From positions 1-64,000 of the forward strand of contig CDROCS010006454.1 of the NCBI GenBank assembly GCA_977020255.1: a DNA stretch of 64,000 nt, read 5' to 3'. Below, piece after piece: positions 11,236 to 19,493 of this stretch. Under the pieces are notes generated by a model. The model made no database searches. It was not told where the DNA came from and saw only the letters and a program-made list of their open reading frames with translations. A program made the position numbers and the translations under genes. This DNA comes from Obrimoposthia wandeli (taxonomy: Eukaryota). Numbering within the stretch: the first letter of the stretch is position 1; the number at the start of each line of letters is the position of its first letter.

Positions 11236-11686
11236 GGCGAACCTTTATTATTATTTTATGTTAACTTTAGCGTAACCTAATACAATAAGAAACCGCATTA
11301 GTTGTGGTACCTAAGGTAAGTGACTAAAGTGAAAACGAATCTCATTAGAACTTATTCGTCGTATAGAAGATATTTATTTAAAAAAGCTATTGTCGATAAT
11401 ACTCAATCGCATTTAAATATTAATTTTTCTATCTTTAGTGCTGATTAATGGCTAATTCACTTGTGAAAACTCAGACAGATAGGATATCTGATGCGATATA
11501 GCGTATATTTTACCAGTTTAAGGTGGTGAGTTTAAAGCGAGTTCTTCAATTCTGACATCTTTGCTTATACTTTATTGGTTTGACCTAGTTCACATTTACA
11601 TAATAATAAACTACCGTAGGCATTGAAAATTTAAGTTTCACCCTTAAATAACAGTTACTCACTGGCGTAACGCTTCAGGAATTATT

Positions 11687-13255
11687 TTGACACTATTATT
11701 AAACGATTATATCGCTGCTTTTGCTCAAGAAAAGCATATTACTTCTTTGAGCCAATTTGGTCGCGGTATAGAGCGTGAAACACTTAGGGTGCTGCCACAA
11801 GCTCGACTATCTGAACAACCGCACAGTGAACGCTTAGGCTCAGCATTAACGCATCCCAATATAACAACTGACTATTCAGAGACTTTACTTGAATTTATTA
11901 CACCGGTTAGTTATGCCCCAGAAACGGTTATTGCTCAGCTCGAAGACGTACAGAAATTTACTTTAAGCCAGCTTGACGGTGAACTATTATGGCCGATGAG
12001 CATGCCGTGCTTTGTTGAAGATGATGATAAAATACCGTTAGCACAATACGGTAAATCGAATATCGGTAAGATGAAAACGGTTTATCGCCAAGGTTTAAAA
12101 AATCGTTACGGCAGTATGATGCAGGTTATTTCTGGCATCCATTTCAATTTTTCTTTTCCGAAAGATTTTTGGCAATCAATGCAAACGATTGAACAAAATA
12201 CCGATGCACTTGATGATTATATTTCTGATAAATATTTCGCACTATTAAGAAACTATAAACGCTTTTGTTGGTTAATCCCTTATTTATACGGTAGCTCACC
12301 GGCTATTTGTAGTTCTTTTTTAAAAAATAAAGCGACTGATTTACCTTTTAAAAAATCTGAAAAAGGTTATATGTACCTTGAGTATGCTACGTCATTGCGT
12401 ATGAGCGATTTGGGTTATACCAATAGCGAACAGTCATCGTTGCAAATTTGTTATAACAATTTATCAGGTTATTTAGATGGGGTGAAAAATGCCATTAATT
12501 TACCGTCGAAAAAATTTGAAAAAATTGGTCTTAAAGTAGATGGAAAATATCAGCAACTCAATAGTAATGTACTACAAATAGAAAATGAATTGTACGCACC
12601 GGTTCGTCCAAAATGTGTTGCCCAAGCCGGTGAAAAACCTTCTGAAGCACTAAAAAATCGAGGTGTTGAGTATATTGAAGTTAGAGCGCTCGACGTTAAT
12701 CCTTGGTCAGCAACAGGAATAACCGTTGAGCAAGTTAGATTTTTAGACATTTTTTTAACTTTCTGTATGTTCGAACCGAGTGAGATTCTTAATTGTAGTG
12801 AACAAGCAACTTGTGAAGAAAATATGGATGCTATTGTTGTTCGAGGTCGCGATCCTGCTTTACGATTACATGACAATGCAGAAGAAAAATCGGTTAAGCA
12901 GTGGGGCGGAGAAATTTTTACAAAAATGGCTGATGTTGCTACGTTATTAGATCAAGCTAACGGCAGTGATTTATATCGTGCTGTTTTTGAGACTGAAGCT
13001 GCGAAGATTAATGACGCGAGTTTAACGCCTTCAGCAAAAATTTTAGCATCGGTTGTTGGTGAAAATAAATCATTAATAAAAACGGCACTCGATAGAGCAA
13101 TTGAGTATCGTGAGCAACTTTTAGCTAATGACTATCAAGAGTTTACGGAACAATATTTTGTCGATGCTGCGGCAGAGTCCTTGCAAAAACAAGCAGATAT
13201 TGAAATGAATGATAAGCTTGATTTTGACGCATTTCTAAAAGACTATTTTTCTTAA
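11687..13255 (+). CDS. gshA: Glutamate-cysteine ligase
   Basis: RGIERETLRV, ITTDYSETLLEFITP, WPMSMPC, SGIHFNFS, LQIENELY, GVEYIEVRALD; TTG start. Confidence 0.96.
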   Translation: MTLLLNDYIAAFAQEKHITSLSQFGRGIERETLRVLPQARLSEQPHSERLGSALTHPNITTDYSETLLEFITPVSYAPETVIAQLEDVQKFTLSQLDGELLWPMSMPCFVEDDDKIPLAQYGKSNIGKMKTVYRQGLKNRYGSMMQVISGIHFNFSFPKDFWQSMQTIEQNTDALDDYISDKYFALLRNYKRFCWLIPYLYGSSPAICSSFLKNKATDLPFKKSEKGYMYLEYATSLRMSDLGYTNSEQSSLQICYNNLSGYLDGVKNAINLPSKKFEKIGLKVDGKYQQLNSNVLQIENELYAPVRPKCVAQAGEKPSEALKNRGVEYIEVRALDVNPWSATGITVEQVRFLDIFLTFCMFEPSEILNCSEQATCEENMDAIVVRGRDPALRLHDNAEEKSVKQWGGEIFTKMADVATLLDQANGSDLYRAVFETEAAKINDASLTPSAKILASVVGENKSLIKTALDRAIEYREQLLANDYQEFTEQYFVDAAAESLQKQADIEMNDKLDFDAFLKDYFS

Positions 13256-13410
13256 TCGTTACTGCGCTTAATATTGATGCTAACCTTGGTTTTAATCTTG
13301 AGCTTTAGGTGAGTTTCGAAATATTTATTGGAATTTTCAGTGACACTGTTTTTAGATCACAACTTATCCAGAGTCACTATTTAAGAATTATCATTTATTA
13401 AATTACAGGC

Positions 13411-13439
13411 AAAAAAATAGCGCGTTAATGTAACGCGCT
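13411..13439 (-). terminator. Minus-strand intrinsic terminator with no annotated gene upstream
   Basis: On minus: AGCGCGTTA-CAT-TAACGCGCT-A-TTTTTTT. Confidence 0.75.
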
Positions 13440-13706
13440 GCAAATAATAAGAAAGTAGTCCAGGGAGGTTTACTTTCAAGTTATTCGACTTCGGCTTTTT
13501 TTATTAGTTCATTTTTATTCAAAATAGATCTTTTATTTTTTAGTTCGCCCTAGCTAGCTATAAAATCATAAATCAATGCTGGTTTGTTCAGCTACAATTC
13601 CCTGCTATTACTGGCTACGCTGTTATATTTTATGATATTGCTTTATTGGCTTCCTATCACTCTAAAGTTAATCGTTCATCTTGCTTTAATTCTCTATTTG
13701 TCTTGT

Positions 13707-13781
13707 TTATACCTCTTTAGCTGAGTCGTTAACTATCGATACTTTGTCGTTTGAGAAGCCATTGATGCTCAAACTACTCAT
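13707..13781 (-). CDS. Candidate small protein, 24 aa (MSSLSINGFSNDKVSIVNDSAKEV)
   Basis: ATG..TAA frame read manually; GAGGAG 12 nt upstream; lies upstream of the 13411-13439 terminator. Confidence 0.3.
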   Translation of the reverse strand: MSSLSINGFSNDKVSIVNDSAKEV

Positions 13782-13839
13782 AATATGAAACCACTCCTCT
13801 TTACATTATTTAGCGGTAGCGAATCGAAGAAAATCAGAC

Positions 13840-13930
13840 AAAAAAAAGCACATTTATTAAATAATAAATGTGCAGTAGAACAATGAAGATTATAAACACT
13901 AAAATATAAACACTAAGGAATAACACTCTC
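13840..13930 (-). ncRNA. Candidate sigma-E-dependent small RNA (~90 nt), MicA-positioned
   Basis: GGAACTA-N16-TCATA promoter at 13964-13937, then an ORF-free U/G-rich body, an 11-bp perfect hairpin (13848-13873) and U8. Confidence 0.55.
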
Positions 13931-13936
13931 ATATAG

Positions 13937-13964
13937 TATGAACATCAAAAGTTAAGTTAGTTCC
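13937..13964 (-). promoter_or_regulatory. Putative RpoE (sigma-E) promoter
   Basis: -35 GGAACTA (13964-13958), 16-nt spacer, -10 TCATA (13941-13937), versus consensus GGAACTT-N16-TCAAA/TCTRA. Confidence 0.55.
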
Positions 13965-14112
13965 TCAGCCCAAATAAAATTTTTAATTTATTAAAGATAA
14001 ATGTTGTGAATACACTATTTTTTAGAAAAATTTAATGATGCTTAAGAGAAATAAGTAAAGAAAAAGTCCATTAAATGACGAGTTTAACCTGATAAGTCAC
14101 AAATATTCTGGC

Positions 14113-14772
14113 ATGATAAAAGCAATTCAATTATACGTAACTGTGTGCATGACTTTTATTAAAACATTTATCATTTCAACATTGGCGTGCTTAACATTAT
14201 CAAGTTGTGCGACAAGTCCCCCTAAAAAACCTGAAAACCTATGTGAAATATTCCGTGAACATCGAGATTGGTACTTTGCTGCCAAGGAAATGCGTGAACG
14301 GTGGGGTGTTCCCATTCATGTGCCAATGAGTATGATGTATCAAGAAAGCTCTTTTAAAGCTGATGCTTTGCCCCCTAAAGACTATATTTTAGGCTTTATT
14401 CCTTGGGGCCGTGTTAGTAGTGCCTATGGCTATTCACAGGCTAAAACGATGACATGGGATGATTACATCAGGGAAACGGATAACTCTGGTGCTGACCGTG
14501 ATGACTTTGAAGATGCTATCGACTTTATGGGATGGTTTATTTTTAAAACGCAAAAAATTAACAAAGTCTCAAAATGGGATGCTTATGGCCAATATTTAAA
14601 TTACCACGAAGGCTGGGGTGGTTTTAAACGCAAGAGCTATAAGAAAAAATCTTGGTTAGTGAAGGTTGCTCGAAAAGTCGATAATCGTGCTAAACGTTAT
14701 GGTGGTCAGCTTAAAAGTTGCGAAGAGGAGCTGGATCACGGCTGGTTATGGCGTTTTGTCTTTGAGGATTAG
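14113..14772 (+). CDS. Lipoprotein with a transglycosylase SLT-like domain (ATG at 14149 is the likely start)
   Basis: Lipobox LSSC; MMYQESSF catalytic Glu, SSAYGYSQA, YLNYHEGWGG. Confidence 0.85.
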   Translation: MIKAIQLYVTVCMTFIKTFIISTLACLTLSSCATSPPKKPENLCEIFREHRDWYFAAKEMRERWGVPIHVPMSMMYQESSFKADALPPKDYILGFIPWGRVSSAYGYSQAKTMTWDDYIRETDNSGADRDDFEDAIDFMGWFIFKTQKINKVSKWDAYGQYLNYHEGWGGFKRKSYKKKSWLVKVARKVDNRAKRYGGQLKSCEEELDHGWLWRFVFED

Positions 14773-14830
14773 TACCTTTAAGTAGCGGGAAAATCCAACT
14801 TACCAATAATGCACTGTCATATTTCTATTT

Positions 14831-14886
14831 TATACCCGCTCTATTTTGTAAGGCTAAGATATGCTTTATAAAATAGCACGGGTATA
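14831..14886. mobile_element. 56-bp hairpin with TATACCCG...CGGGTATA ends; probable mini-MITE of a second ERIC-like family
   Basis: TATACCCG-CT-CTATTTT-GTAAGGC-TAAGATAT-GCTTTAT-AAAATAG-CA-CGGGTATA imperfect long inverted repeat with TATA termini. Confidence 0.5.
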
Positions 14887-15498
14887 GTTGTATCTAGGGG
14901 AGTGATTTTTTGCATACCTGGGGTATTTGGTTGATATATTTATTACACCAGCACCCTATTTTTCAATCGATAATTGACTGCTAATTATCACATTAGTGAG
15001 TTATCTTGTTGATATAATTCGTGCGTATAGCTCATCTTCTATTCCTAGCTGGCAGGCCTAATTTTGCAGAGGTTGGATTCAGACAATATGATTAACCTTA
15101 ACCTTAACTTTAACTTTAGCAGGTTTTCGAACGATCAATATTATTGGGCATTGAGCATTGTCATTAACAGCTGATTTTTTTAATTTTTGATTGGAAGAAA
15201 CTAGTTCATAGTAACGCTAAATATTTACCTGCCTGTTACGTTCACGCCAGTTTCTTAAATCTATTTTGTACTCTTTTTATTCTTTTTCTAGTATTCGATT
15301 TTATTTTTCACTGATATTTGTACTTATTAAATACTGCATAGTTCTTGCCAACGTTAATTGGAATGGTATTAAATTTAAGCAATTCTAGCGTGAGTAAGGC
15401 TTATAAAATAAGCAAATTTTTATTAAAAAAAAACTTCATGTTTTTGTGAAAAATTGATTGCAAAATACAAAGGTTATTTCTTATGGGGCTTGCATTTG

Positions 15499-15679
15499 TT
15501 ATCCACAGAAATTGTGGAAAGTTGATCCTTAGATCTAGTGTTGTGGATAACTTTGTTATTAACTTTCTTTGTGAGGACTTCTATCCACAAAAAGTTATAA
15601 AAATAGAATATTTATCTATTTTTTAATAAAAGGTTATCCTGAATGATCGTTAGGTATTGATCCTTAACCAAGATTGATC
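15499..15679. promoter_or_regulatory. DnaA-box cluster with GATC sites (DARS-, datA- or origin-like)
   Basis: TTATCCACA 15499-15507, TGTGGAAAG 15513-15521, TGTGGATAA 15542-15550, CTATCCACA 15581-15589; GATC at 15524, 15532, 15645, 15659, 15676. Confidence 0.7.
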
Positions 15680-15863
15680 TAATGCTAAAATAATGCAGGC
15701 ACTAAGTTGAATTTATCACGTATTGTTAAGCAAATAATTAGCGTGTTTCTCGGCTCATAACTAAGGTATTTATTAGCTGTTTAATTTGTTGCTGTCTTGT
15801 TGTTTCTAGGTAGAAGCGCTAGCTGCTTGTGCTATTGATTTGATTGATAGTGACAAAGTAAGT

Positions 15864-15899
15864 AAAAAAAAGCCCCGTTGCTTGATGGCAACGAGGCTT
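15864..15899 (-). terminator. Terminator after corB
   Basis: Minus strand AAGCCTCGTTGCC...GCAACGGGGCTTTTTTTT. Confidence 0.75.
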
Positions 15900-15923
15900 A
15901 CTTTGATTTTTGTTAGTAATATT

Positions 15924-17207
15924 TTAGTTTTCGAAAACTTCACCATCATAAAAGTCAGGTAAGATCCTAACCGTTTTAATCATGTTATCTTTCACTTCAA
16001 TGATCTCAAGTGGGTAGCCTGAGATCCTAACACTTAAGTTCGCTTCTGGAATATCTTCAAGATACTCTAAAATTAAACCATTAATCGTTTTAGGGCCATC
16101 GGTAGGAAAGTTCCATGTCATTTCTTTGTTTACGTCACGAACCGTTGCACTGCCGTCAACCAAGTAACTACCGTCAGGCTGAATATTTACTTCATCACTG
16201 CTGGTCGGAGTCATCGTTGTAGTGAAATCTCCGACGATTTCTTCAAGAATATCTTCTAATGTTACTAAACCTTGGATATCACCATATTCGTCAACCACAA
16301 GGCCTAGGCGCTCCTTAGCACGTTGAAATTTTAGTAACTGCACATTCAGTGGTGTGCCTTCAGGAATAAAGTAAAGCTCTCGTACAGCACGTAGCAGCGT
16401 TGCTTTAGTGAATTGCCCTTTTGATACTAATCGCAAAGCATCGCGGACATGAACGTAGCCGACAGCATCGTCAATATTATCGCGATATAATAAAACACGT
16501 GTATGGTTTGATTGTGTTAGTTGCTTTTGAATACGTTTCCAATCTTCGTTGATATCAATACCGACTAATTCATTACGCGGGATCATAATATCTTCAACGG
16601 TAACGTTCTCTAAATCTAGAATGCCAACGAGCATATCTTGATCTCGAGATTTTAACATCGCACCCGACTCATTTACTACGGTACGTAATTCTTCAGAGCT
16701 TAAGCTATGCTGTTCACGTTGCTCTGAACTAATACCTAACATAGCTAAAATACCATTGGTGATCCAATTGACAGCGATAACAAAAGGGTAGAGTACTCTT
16801 AACAACAAAGTCAGCACCAGTGAACTTGGAAATGCTACTTTTTCTGGATACAGTGCTGCTAAAGTTTTAGGGGTTATTTCTGCAAAGATTAATATGACTA
16901 AAGTAAGCAATAAGCCGGAATAGAATACTCCCGCATCGCCATAAAGCCGTTGAGCAATAATACCTGTGATAAGCGTTGCAAATATATTGACTAAGTTATT
17001 ACCGATTAGGATCAGGCCGATCAACTTATCAGGTTTGGCCAATAATTTACTGACACGTTTAGCGCCATTATGGTTTTGTTTTTCAAGATGTTTTAACCGA
17101 TAACGATTAATCGACATCATGCCTGTTTCAGAGCCAGAGAAATAGGCTGATATAAATATGAGAATGCCAAGCACGACAAACAGCATATCGGTAGAGATGT
17201 TATCCAA
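15924..17207 (-). CDS. corB: HlyC/CorC-family (CNNM-CBS-CorC) magnesium/cobalt transporter CorB/YfjD
   Basis: SAYFSGSETG, ILIGNNLVN, FAEITPKT, DIMIPR, VVDEYG..GLVTLEDILEEIVG. Confidence 0.92.
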   Translation of the reverse strand: MDNISTDMLFVVLGILIFISAYFSGSETGMMSINRYRLKHLEKQNHNGAKRVSKLLAKPDKLIGLILIGNNLVNIFATLITGIIAQRLYGDAGVFYSGLLLTLVILIFAEITPKTLAALYPEKVAFPSSLVLTLLLRVLYPFVIAVNWITNGILAMLGISSEQREQHSLSSEELRTVVNESGAMLKSRDQDMLVGILDLENVTVEDIMIPRNELVGIDINEDWKRIQKQLTQSNHTRVLLYRDNIDDAVGYVHVRDALRLVSKGQFTKATLLRAVRELYFIPEGTPLNVQLLKFQRAKERLGLVVDEYGDIQGLVTLEDILEEIVGDFTTTMTPTSSDEVNIQPDGSYLVDGSATVRDVNKEMTWNFPTDGPKTINGLILEYLEDIPEANLSVRISGYPLEIIEVKDNMIKTVRILPDFYDGEVFEN

Positions 17208-17293
17208 AAAAGGGACCCTATATTTAATTGTAAAACGTATTACAGCTCAAAATAGAAGAAAATGTAATACAAAGTTAACTTATACCTTAAAAG

Positions 17294-18124
17294 TTATAAT
17301 AAGAGAAATTCTTTCACAAATCGGCTACCGAAATAAGCCAAAGTCAGCGTGAAGGTTGCAATAATCGTTAATGTGAGTACGCGCTTTCCTCGCCAACCTT
17401 GCTTAAAATGTCCCCACAAGGTGATAAAATATAGTGCGCATGCGAGTAGAGATAAAATCGTTTTATGGGCATTCTCTTTGGCGATCATGCCATCAAGAAA
17501 AATAAAACCTAGTAATTGGCTAAGTAGCAAACAAATACTGCCCATTAGCAATATAGTAAATAATTGTCGCTCAACTTGCATTAGAGGAGGTAATTGACTA
17601 ACAGCCTGTAAGTTTTTACTTTTTAGTTTCATGTTTATATAGGCTACTTGAAAGGCATATAAAGTAGCAATAACCAAGATACAATAAGCAATGAGAGCTA
17701 AAGTTATATGGCTCAACATAGCAAACTTATCAGTGACAATTTCTAAGTTACTAATAGGTGCAATGAAAATCATACCGAGTTGCCATAGCCCTGCGAAACC
17801 ATAAACCACGGGTAGTAATAAATTAACTTTAAATCGCAAAGCTACCGTTGAGATAACTAGGGTAATAATCAAACTGACCAGAGAAACAACGTTAGGTAGC
17901 GAAAAGTTCAGATGATCGTGAGTCAATAAAAATTGTGAGCTACCTAAGGCGTGAAATACTATTGCTAAACAGGCAAAAATTAGTGTAACAATTAAATTTG
18001 GCCCCTTAGGATGAAATAAACGAGATAAAATTGACAGCGTTGCGCCGCTGTAGCACAAAAATGCTGTAAATGAACTAATACTTGAAAATTCCACAAAGCG
18101 CTCCGAAAAAATAAAACTGTTCAT
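17294..18124 (-). CDS. ypjD: Inner membrane protein YpjD (CcsA-like)
   Basis: Multi-TM; LPPLMQVER, HKTILSL, GWRG, LAYFGSRFVKEFLL; conserved ffh-ypjD-corB synteny. Confidence 0.9.
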   Translation of the reverse strand: MNSFIFSERFVEFSSISSFTAFLCYSGATLSILSRLFHPKGPNLIVTLIFACLAIVFHALGSSQFLLTHDHLNFSLPNVVSLVSLIITLVISTVALRFKVNLLLPVVYGFAGLWQLGMIFIAPISNLEIVTDKFAMLSHITLALIAYCILVIATLYAFQVAYINMKLKSKNLQAVSQLPPLMQVERQLFTILLMGSICLLLSQLLGFIFLDGMIAKENAHKTILSLLACALYFITLWGHFKQGWRGKRVLTLTIIATFTLTLAYFGSRFVKEFLLL

Positions 18125-18211
18125 AAGCTAGCTAGCATTGTTAGTTCACATTGCTAGTTAGTATCGCGATTCTAGCAGAATAGTCACTAGACACCATAAC
18201 TATTGTTTATT

Positions 18212-19294
18212 TTATATCAATAGTTTACGTAAGGGTTTAACCGCTAGGAATACTAATATGACAACACATGTTAAACCAAACCAAAAGGGTAACAATTCAT
18301 GACTGTGTTGCATTTGTTGGCTTATATCAATCATAAAATATACCAGTCCCCAATCTAATATTAAACCAAAGGTAATGGCCGAAATACTAATACCTAACAG
18401 GTACTTTATTAATACGGTACCACCCATTTCGCTTTTAATAACTCCTAAAGTGGAAATATTAGTTGCAGGTCCGGCCATCATGAAAACTAATGCTGTACCA
18501 GGGGAAATGCCCGCCATAATAAATCCAGCAGCGATAGGTGTTGAAGCCGTAGCACAAATATACATAGGTATAGACATGGCAATCATCACTAGCATCGCCG
18601 TTAGACCGCTGCCATAACTTAATAAAAATGAAGTCGGTACAAATGTTCTGACTGCAGTCGCAAATAGTAGGCCTAATAATAGCCAACGTACTAAATCGTC
18701 AATGAGTTGTGTCGCACTATAGCGAACCCCCATTAATGTTTTAGCGATGAATGTTTGTTTAATAACTTTATTTTTGCTTGCACAACATGAACTTGTCACA
18801 GTTTCAGGCTCAACAGCGTTTGTTTTACTTGCACAGCAACTGGTTGGTTTATTTTTGCTGCTATTGGTTTCATTTTCTATAACCGTGTCTGTTGTGGTCG
18901 CAACAATCATTCCGGTAAATATTGCTGACAGTATCGCGGTTATTGGTCGGTAAATAGCGAATACGGGACCTAAAAGAGCATAAGAGACCGAAACTGAATC
19001 AACACCGGTTTCAGGTGTTGCTACTAAAAAAGCTGAAGTCGCGGGAGCTGATGCACCTGAACGCCGTAATTCTGTTGCTACTGGGATCACGCCGCAAGAG
19101 CATAAAGGTAGCGGTGCACCAATAAATGCCGCTTTGATAATAGCTTTGTTACCTTGGCCCAAATGTCGACTTAAAATTTTTGTTGGCACCCAAGCTTTCA
19201 TTAACCCAGCAATGAGTAAGCCGAGAAGTAACCATGGACTTGCTTCGACACTAAGTTGTAATAAGTTTTCAAAAAATAAAACGAAAGTACTCAC
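18212..19294 (-). CDS. Predicted heavy-metal (Cu/Zn) permease, SO_0444/ArsP-like family
   Basis: GAPLPLCSCGVIP, FLVATPETGVDS, PMYICATASTPIA, FMMAGPATN; central Cys-pair linker. Confidence 0.85.
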   Translation of the reverse strand: MSTFVLFFENLLQLSVEASPWLLLGLLIAGLMKAWVPTKILSRHLGQGNKAIIKAAFIGAPLPLCSCGVIPVATELRRSGASAPATSAFLVATPETGVDSVSVSYALLGPVFAIYRPITAILSAIFTGMIVATTTDTVIENETNSSKNKPTSCCASKTNAVEPETVTSSCCASKNKVIKQTFIAKTLMGVRYSATQLIDDLVRWLLLGLLFATAVRTFVPTSFLLSYGSGLTAMLVMIAMSIPMYICATASTPIAAGFIMAGISPGTALVFMMAGPATNISTLGVIKSEMGGTVLIKYLLGISISAITFGLILDWGLVYFMIDISQQMQHSHELLPFWFGLTCVVILVFLAVKPLRKLLI

Positions 19295-19493
19295 GTTGCT
19301 TCACTTGTTAAAAATGACGTAATTATCGACAGTTTATCATAAAAATTTTAGCGATTATTGATCTGTATTCGTGCTTTTTTGTTTTCCTTTTACGCAGGTA
19401 CATTATTTAAATGCATAACTTCTACTTTCGCTAATTAATTGTACGGGTATAATAGAGCTAATTTTTTGCGCAAAGTTAATATTTGAGTCATTT

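Noticed and set aside
11476-11490. CAGAT-AGGAT-ATCTG hairpin as a CsrA site for gshA
   Set aside because: Single site about 200 nt from the start codon with unknown TSS; insufficient support
13411-13839. CsrB/CsrC sRNA
   Set aside because: Only about three GGA motifs on the terminator strand, far below CsrB-type density
14772-15924. Primary chromosomal oriC
   Set aside because: No gidA/mioC/dnaA nearby, box layout differs from E. coli-type oriC, and no apparent switch in gene strand bias; kept only as a DARS-like finding pending a GC-skew computation
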